The notes under the pieces were generated by a model that had not been told where the DNA came from, ran no database searches, and worked only from the letters and a program-made list of their open reading frames with translations. This document shows positions 56,246-64,000 of a stretch of 64,000 nt of DNA, piece after piece. The position numbers and the translations under genes are program-made. This DNA is from Octopus vulgaris (Eukaryota): positions 5,890,001 to 5,954,000 of the forward strand of contig OX597841.1 of NCBI GenBank assembly GCA_951406725.2. The letters run 5' to 3'. Numbering within the stretch: position 1 is the stretch's first letter; every line of letters starts with the position of its first letter.

Positions 56246-58589
56246 TTCTCTGAGGAATCAAAATAGACCCAATCCTTGGCCTTTCTCACCACATTAAACT
56301 TTTACTCCTATCTTTATCCTTCTTTTTATAGTTTATTCCTTACAAATGTTTCCACTGCAAACTTCACTGATATCGAAAGATGCTATAAATTTGGAAAGTC
56401 ATCAAAGAGTAACGAGAATGCAAAGCATCAGCTAATGAAATAGAAAAATGTTGCTATTAATCTCAGTTCTGAGCAAACATTTCATAGAATTTCTACCAAA
56501 GATTTATAGAAATAGGCTTAGATGCGTTCTGTGTAAACTTTTCCTCAAGACTTTAAAAGATGAAAAATGTTGAAGATGTATTCATTATAAAAGAAAATTT
56601 CTTTGATGCCAATGTCATCCGTAAATCTGAAATAATAAAGAAACAGAATTAGATAGAGAGGAAAGATCAAAAGAGAAATGTTAAAATATTTCTTTATTAA
56701 TTAACAAATGACATCATATAACATTGGGTGAAATGTAAGAATTTGTAAACTACAACTACTCTTTAACATTGTGTAACATTACTCATGCACGCACATATAT
56801 ACATATCTCTATCTATCTACGTATATATATATTGTCAATAAAAATAAAAAAAGGGGGTAGAATTAATTAATTTCTAAAAATGTCTGGGAGACATTTTCTT
56901 GCAGTTGAAGAAATAGCCAAATTTTTGGCTGCTATTTCTAAAAAGCTCGGTGTGTGGTAAAGTAAATTATTTTACTTTACCCTATTTTCATAAATTTTTT
57001 ATAAAATACCTATATATATATATAATATTCTCCGCCTAACCTGAACTCATCATATATCATCATCATCGTCGTTTAAGCGGACGTTAAACGACGATGATGA
57101 TGATGATGATGATGATGATATATGATGAGTTCAGGTTAGGCGGAGAATATTACTTTGATTTTTGGAGGCTTCATTTTTGAGAACTCCCTGAAAATATGTG
57201 GTTAGGGTCACAGAACAATGATATAAACATTTTTGCATTTTCAATTTTGGTAACTCCCCAAAACCGAAAGGATCCCGCATTTCTGTAGTTATGCCCTAAA
57301 TTTACTGACAAAATATACATTATTAAACGATTAAAGGACTCAAAAGAAAATTACACAAATCGGGTGTCAAAAGGGGAAATATCGTTTACCAAAAGGAAAG
57401 CTGTTGTGAGGGAGGTCTTCCTGCTTGTCTTCAGGAATACTTAAAAAGCTGACAAATGTCTGTAGATAGAGACTAACCTCCTATGGTTCAGTTTCTTGTC
57501 TTAGATATCACACACCTCCGTTAACAAGTGTGCAACAAATGCTATGTAGATATATTTTTTCACTTACCATTAGAATACTTGTTGATCTGACCAGGATCCT
57601 TTCTTGAAATCCAGTTTGTTTTTCCCACCATCGATAGTAGAAATGCGCACAATATTTGCTACAAAGGGGCATACAAACAATTCGTGCTTTCGATCTAAGG
57701 TCCAAATGAAATATGAAGAAGGGCGAGCAAAGTTCCTCGATTCAAAGCTTTTTGCCCCCTTTCCTGTAAAATAGGGATCAACCAACTAAAGCTGTGATCA
57801 AGAGAAATATTAAATCACAAATCATGTAAGTCGCTTCGTGTTATTCATAGAGATCAACGTTCACCTGAACACGAGGTATTACTACATCTGATCTAATTAG
57901 ATTCGTCTTAATTAGAAGCACGTGTAGAAGTTGTTGATAATTATTCCCGCGGTTGAACGACACCGGTGTCATATATTAAAAGTCCCCAATATAACACGAA
58001 GAGACGTTAAAATTATATTAATTCACACCTTTAATTGCATCTCAGCCAAGGTAAATGATAAAAACCGCATCCAGCTAAATAGTAATTACGTCTCAACAAA
58101 AGTGTCTGCGCATGGTCACTGAACCTGCTAAAAATAGCAGCGAAATATTTCTGACATCATTACATCTTAGCATTAGAATGCATATAATCGTATGTTTGTT
58201 CCTAAAACGGACAAATGATTAGAAACACAGCAGGTGCTGTTCCCTACGCCTTTATCAGGGGTCGCCAAACTTTTTCCACCATCGACCCTCAACTATAGCG
58301 AAGATCGAAACGGAGCCCTTCCCGGCTTTCAAATTCCTTCTTGCTTCTGTTTTTCTCCGGAATCCCATGTTTTTAGGCCATGGAAATTTCGATTTTGGAA
58401 AAGATTATTTCAACAATCCCAACATCAAAATTTCAGTCCCATATCCCTTTCCTTCGTTTTTTTTTTTACTTTATCCTGAAATAAAGGGGGAAGGGTTCCG
58501 TTTACGGCGGGGGTGAAGACAATTGACCCACTTTCCGATGTTTTCTAACGTAGACGTTTACATCTTTTGGCGACTGCAATTCCCTCCCC

Positions 58590-58737
58590 CCGACGCTATG
58601 TATTTCCGCTTCCGCTGCAAGCTTTATGGATGCCAAGAAAGACCAAGAATTCGTTTTGCTCTTCTTTTGACCGAGATTTGTTGAAATCAAATCTATTTCC
58701 ACACCAAATACTGATTTGTATATCGTAACAGGTAAGA
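58590..58737 (+). promoter_or_regulatory. Putative promoter/first exon of the 61528 gene (paralogous copy at about 46130-46276)
   Basis: CpG-containing patch with tandem TTCCGCTTCCGC (ETS-like GGAA motifs on the minus strand), followed by a consensus donor aacag|gtaaga at 58731/58732. Confidence 0.4.
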
Positions 58738-58912
58738 TATACATACAGATTTATCTCTATACACAGTAGGCAGACCTCTTATCCGGCTTCTAGGAATCCC
58801 TGGATACTCAGCAATGATATGTATGATACAGGTGCAAGTCTCTTAAATTCTTTGGTCGTAACTCCCCTGAAACTAGCAAGAGACTCGACTAAAATATATT
58901 TTGGTATGGAAT

Positions 58913-59780
58913 CAAGTACCAGTTACGCACTGGAATCGATGTAATCGACTTAATCCCTTTAGATATTAACCTTGTCTGTCCTCGTTTGTCCCCTCTGTGT
59001 TTAGCCCCTTGTGGGTAGTAAAGAAATATATCTCTGTGTCAGGGGGTGGAGGGGTGATAGGTATTTGACTGTTATGTATGTCAGGTCAATTAAATAAGTA
59101 CCAGTTACGCACTGGGGTCGATGTAATCGACTTAATCCTTTTGTCTGTCCTTGTTTGTCCCCTCTGTGTTTAGCCCCTTGTGGGTAGTAAAGAAATATAT
59201 CTCTGTGTCAGGGGGTGGAGAGGTGATAGGTATTTGACTGTTATGTATGTCAGGTCGATTAAATAAGTACCAGTTACGCACTGGGGTCGATATAATCGAC
59301 TTAATCCCTTTGTCTGTCCCCTCTGTGTTTAGCCCCTTGTCGGTAGTAAAGAAATATATATTTTGGAATGGAATTTACGCACTGGGGTCGATATAATCGA
59401 CTTAATCCCTTTGTCTGTCCTTGTTTGTCCCCTCTGTGTTTAGCCCCTTTTGGGTAGTAAAGAAGTATATCTCTGTGTCAGGGTGTAGAGGGGTGATAGG
59501 TATTTGACTGTTATGTATGTCAGGTCACTTAAATAAGTACCAGTTACGCACTGGGGGTCAATGTAATTGACTTAATCCCTTTGTCTGTCCTTGTTTGTCC
59601 CCTCTGTGTTTAGCCCCTTGTGGGTAGTAAAGAAGTATATCTCTGTGGAGGGGTGATAGGTATTTGACTGTTATGTATGTCAGGTCAATTAAATAAGTAC
59701 CAGTTACGCACTGGGGTCAATGTAATCGACTTAATCCCTTTGTCTGTCCTTGTTTAGCCCCTTGTGGGTAGTAAAGCAAT
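58913..59780 (+). repeat. Tandem array (~160-180 bp unit, about 6 copies) built from the 3' half of SINE type 2 plus a unique spacer
   Basis: aagtaccagttacgcactggggtcg...gtagtaaagaa recurs near 58913, 59096, 59265, 59377 (partial), 59535 and 59695. Confidence 0.9.
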
Positions 59781-60102
59781 GCATTTTTTGGTATGGAGTT
59801 CCCTTCCTTGCGCCTCCCCACTAAGGGTCAGAATATTTATATTTATTTCTTTACTACCCACAAGGGGCTAAACACAGAATATTTGTATTGACAGTTTTAC
59901 CTTTCGAATATTTCTCTCATAACTTTTTTTTAATTATTTTTTGGAATTTTCGTAAAATCTTTGCGTCTTTTGCATTGTAGCTTGGGAATGAATAGGATCG
60001 TGCAAAAAATTCCAGTTCTTTCGGAATGAGGAATCCAATTAAATGCTGAAAAATAACGGAGGATGAAGTTAATGGTGGTTGCTGTTTGGGTACTACTTTA
60101 GA

Positions 60103-60417
60103 AGTGGTCCCCGTGCGCGCACTCGCGTACCCGCGCTAGCTAGTCGTGACTAGTCGATCCTTTGTATGTTATTTACTTTGTTTAAAAAATTATTTATTTT
60201 GTGTCTTATTCACTTTACTCTTTTACTTGTTTCAGTCATCTGACTGCGGCCATGCTGGAGCACCGCCTTTAATCGAGCAACTCCACCGCAGGACTTATTC
60301 TTTTGTAAGCCCAGTACTTATTCTATCAGTCTCTTTTGCCGAACCGCTAAGTATCGGAGACATAAACACACCAGCATCGGTTGCCAAGCAATGCTAGGGG
60401 GACAAACACAAATACCC

Positions 60418-60464
<47 letters not shown>

Positions 60465-61087
60465 TACATATATACGACGGGCTTCTTTCAGTTTCCATCT
60501 ACCAAATCCACTCACAAGGCTTTGGTCGGCCCGGGGCTATAGCAGAAGACACTTGCCCAAGATGTCACGCAGTGGGACTGAACCCGGAACCATGTGGTTG
60601 GTTAGCAAGCTAGTTACCATACAGCCTTCCCTCCGTTCGCCCACATCGGGATCTTTCTTTCTTCTTTCTTCCTTCTCTTATGTTTCCGACGAAGAGCTCC
60701 GCTCGAAACGTCATACCCTCCTTCTTCCCTTTTTCCTGAGCGCCTAATAATAATAATACTTTAATTGTTCCACGTGTTGTTGTTTTTTCTGTTTTCCCGT
60801 TTGGATTAACCTTATATATATATATATATACATATATACGATGGGCTTCTTTCAGTTTCCGTCTACCAAATCCACTCACAAGGCTTTGGTCGGCCCAAGG
60901 CTATAGTAGAAGACACTTGCCTAAGGTGCCACGCAGTGGGATTGAGTTTAACAAAAATTATTTACTTTGTGTAAAAAAATTATTTAATTTGTGTTTTATT
61001 TACGTTGCTAGGTAGTCGTAGAATCGAGTAGTCACGACTAGCTAGCGCGGATGCGCGACTAGGCAAGTGCGCGCACCGGAACCACTG
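60103..61087. mobile_element. MITE-like element with ~60-bp CpG-rich terminal inverted repeats and SINEs nested inside
   Basis: Left agtggtccccgtgcgcgcac..cgcgctagctagtcgtgactagtcgat pairs with right atcgagtagtcacgactagctagcgcg..gtgcgcgcaccggaaccactg. The CAGTGG terminus is hAT-like. No clear TSD. A solo left end lies at about 46310-46357. Confidence 0.6.
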
Positions 61088-61527
61088 TTCTTCATTTTGA
61101 TTTCCATTTTGATCTCTCCTCTCTATCTAAATACTGTTTCTTTATTATTTCAGATTTACGGATGACATTGGCACAAAACAACTTTTTAACTTTGGATACA
61201 TCTGGAATATTTATCATATTTTAGAGAACAGATATAAAAATCCATCTCCTCTTAATCTGGGCTTGAATTACTGTGAAATATTTGCTCTTTCTCCGTCTGA
61301 TTATCTGGTGCTTTTGCATTCTAATTAAACTTGGATAAATTTATGCTTTGACAGCATCTTTAGATATCAGTGAAGATCAGAGTTGATAGCAGTTGATATT
61401 TCTAAGGAATCAATAATTATAAGAAGAACAAGGAGAAAACTATTTGATGTGGTGAGAAAAAGATAAAGAAAAACTTTAATATTGTGAGAAACTTCAATGA
61501 TTCGGGCTGTTTTTATCCCTTAAAGAG

Positions 61528-62724
61528 ATGTCGAAAGAATTAGGAAAATCATATCACTGTAATATCTGCACGAAATCATTCTCTGAAAAACGTAATCTAA
61601 CAATTCACAAATGCTTTCATACAAAAAGGAAGCCTTTTGACTGTGATGTCTGTGGTAAATCATTCTCAGAAAATGCTGACTTGACTAAACACAAGCGTGT
61701 TCATACAGGAGAGAAGCCATATCACTGTGATATATGTCGTAAATCTTTCTCCCAAATATCCAACTTGACTAAGCACAAACGTATTCATACAAATGAAAAA
61801 CCATACAATTGCGATATCTGTGGTAAATCATTCTCTCAAATATCAAACATGACTTCTCATAAACGTATCCATACAAAAGAGAAGCCATTTCACTGTGCTA
61901 CCTGTGGTAAATCATTCTCTCAAATATCTAATTTGACTTCTCACAAACGTATTCATACAGGTGAGAAGACATATCACTGTAATACCTGCGGCAAATCATT
62001 CTCTGCTGGTGGTGACTTAACTACTCACATGCGTATTCATACTGGAGAGAAACCATATCACTGTGATGTCTGTGGCAAAGCTTTCACTACAAGTAGTGCT
62101 TTAACTTCTCACAGACGTATTCATACAGGTGAAAAGCCATATCACTGTGATACCTGTGGTAAATCATACCGCAGAAGTGGTGACTTGACGAAACATACTC
62201 GCATTCATACAGGTGAGAGGCCATTTCACTGTGACACCTGTGCTAAATCATTCTCTGAAAATGGTGCCTTAACTAAACATAAACGTATTCATACAGGTGA
62301 GAAGCCACATCACTGTGATGTCTGTGGTAAATCATTCACTCAAATGTCTAACCTGACTTCTCACAAACGTATTCATACAGGTGAGAAGCCATTCCATTGT
62401 GATGTCTGTGGTAAATCATTCTCTGCAAGTACTGCATTAACTTCTCACATACGTATTCATACAGGTGAGAAGCCATATCGCTGTGGTATTTGTGATAAGT
62501 CATTCCCTGTAAGCAGTGCCTTAACATTTCATGAGCGTATTCATACAGGGGAGAAGCCATTTCACTGTGATGTCTGTGGTGAATTGTTCTCTGCAAGTGG
62601 TGCTTTAACTTCTCACAGACGTATTCATACAGGTGAGAAGCCATTTCACTGTGATACCTGTGGCAAATCATTCTCTCAAAAAGGTAACTTAAAAACGCAC
62701 ATGTCTATCCATACAAAATTATGA
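61528..62724 (+). CDS. C2H2 zinc-finger protein, 398 aa, 14 fingers, more divergent subfamily
   Basis: Intact ORF. Acceptor ctttattatttcag|atttacggatgacattgg (exon start 61154) is homologous to those of the minus-strand genes. Ends HMSIHTKL*, like HVSIHTRI*. Confidence 0.93.
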   Translation: MSKELGKSYHCNICTKSFSEKRNLTIHKCFHTKRKPFDCDVCGKSFSENADLTKHKRVHTGEKPYHCDICRKSFSQISNLTKHKRIHTNEKPYNCDICGKSFSQISNMTSHKRIHTKEKPFHCATCGKSFSQISNLTSHKRIHTGEKTYHCNTCGKSFSAGGDLTTHMRIHTGEKPYHCDVCGKAFTTSSALTSHRRIHTGEKPYHCDTCGKSYRRSGDLTKHTRIHTGERPFHCDTCAKSFSENGALTKHKRIHTGEKPHHCDVCGKSFTQMSNLTSHKRIHTGEKPFHCDVCGKSFSASTALTSHIRIHTGEKPYRCGICDKSFPVSSALTFHERIHTGEKPFHCDVCGELFSASGALTSHRRIHTGEKPFHCDTCGKSFSQKGNLKTHMSIHTKL

Positions 62725-63114
62725 TTGTATCATTTTGAAATTTCTTCACAACACACAACCAACCATGCCGACGACCGCTCGGTTCAAAGTCTCCCTTGAC
62801 CACAAGTAGCCTGATCTCTTTACATGAACTCCGTGTCCCCCTACATGGCCTTGCTTTTTGATTTTTGAGCCAAAAAATTAACTAACTAATTAACTAATCT
62901 TTGGAAACAATTTTTTTTTCCTCTGCTATGTAAAAAATCTTTTATAACCACGGAGTGGCTGTGTGGTAAGTAGCTTGTCTACCAACCACATGGTTCCGGG
63001 TTCAGTCCCACTGCATGGCACCTTAGGCAAGTGTCTTCTACTATAGCCTCGGGCCAACCAAAGCCTTGTGAGTGGATTTGGTAGACGGAAACTGAAAGAA
63101 GCCTGTTGTATATT

Positions 63115-63150
<36 letters not shown>

Positions 63151-63656
63151 TGTGAGTGTTTGTGCGTCTGTGTTTGTCCCCTAGCATTGCTTGACAACCG
63201 ATGCTGGTGTGTTTACGTCCCCGTCACTTAGCGGTTCGGCAAAAGAGACCGACAGAATAAGTACTGGGCTTACAAAAGAACAAGTCCCGGGGTCGAGTTG
63301 CTCGATTAAAGGCGGTGCTCCAGCGTGGCCGCAGTCAAAGGACTGAAACAAGTCAAAGTAAATGTATTCACATGTGAAAGATGATTCAGCAGTGTGATAT
63401 TTGAAATATAACAATTCCCATATATATTCCATATCATATATTTCCGTCAAAAATATAGCAGACTGTAAAAGGAAGTATTTCATCAAACCATTGTAGAAGA
63501 GTGCTTCTCAAAGTGGTGGTCTGCAGACTGGTGCCAGTAGATGGTGAGTTTCCAGAAAAGAAAGAAACATTATAAAATGCCTGTGTAATATTGTATTATT
63601 TGTTTACAAAATAAATATAAAATAAAGAAAATTGTCAGCTTTTATTATATTTATTA

Positions 63657-64000
63657 CTAGCAGTATCGCCCGGCGTTCCTCGGGTTTGTAAGGGAAATAA
63701 CTATATAAGCATTTTTAGAGAGTTACTTCTCTTATAGATGCCAATTCGGGCTTTCTTAGCCATTTCTGTTTTGGTGTCTTCAAGCCATGAAGTCGTTCTA
63801 AAAGAACGCTGGTCTCCTTGATAACACTTTACGACGTTGATTTCCTTACACTCCCTTCCCCACAGCTTCACGAGGGAGGGAAGAAGGGGGAGAAGCAACA
63901 CAGGTGCAGGTGTGACCATGGACGCCAACTCCGCCGCCATCGACACACGAAAATTTATGCATTAAAATGGAATAAAAACTGATGTTAAATTATTTTTAAA
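63657..64000 (-). mobile_element. 3' end of a probable non-autonomous Helitron running off the window
   Basis: The minus strand ends ...cccgaggaacgccggg (GC hairpin) cgatactg CTAG|T, the canonical Helitron 3' structure. Confidence 0.6.

Noticed and set aside
58913-59780. Repeat-spacer pattern resembling a CRISPR array
   Set aside because: The spacers are copies of each other, the repeat is a SINE tail, there are no cas genes and the DNA is eukaryotic.

Overview
AT-rich, repeat-dense animal genomic DNA, most consistent with a coleoid cephalopod such as Octopus; this is inferred from the SINE/LINE content and zinc-finger style, not from a database search. The window is a cluster of C2H2 zinc-finger genes, each with a single coding exon and no recognisable effector domain. 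It holds seven intact ORFs (11-28 fingers), one copy with a 1-bp frameshift, and the 3' end of a ninth gene at the left edge. Five minus-strand genes lie in tandem segmental duplicates (about 17.0-26.8, 26.8-37.0, 37.0-40.6, 40.6-46 and 53.0-58.5 kb). The 7.3-14.2 kb block is an inverted paralogue of about 46.9-56.3 kb. Intergenic DNA contains three tRNA-headed SINE types, RTE-type LINEs, a mariner nested in one LINE copy, CRE-like retrotransposon relics, a fold-back insertion, a Helitron end and microsatellites, plus a 100-N gap at 7246-7345. Main points of interest: finger arrays that evolve like minisatellites and swap cassettes between paralogues; an intact terminal finger hidden behind an in-frame UAG in some paralogues and read as GAG in others; a conserved uORF; intronic palindromes; and a deletion that fuses one gene's 3'UTR to the next gene's splice donor. 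No prokaryotic features were found.
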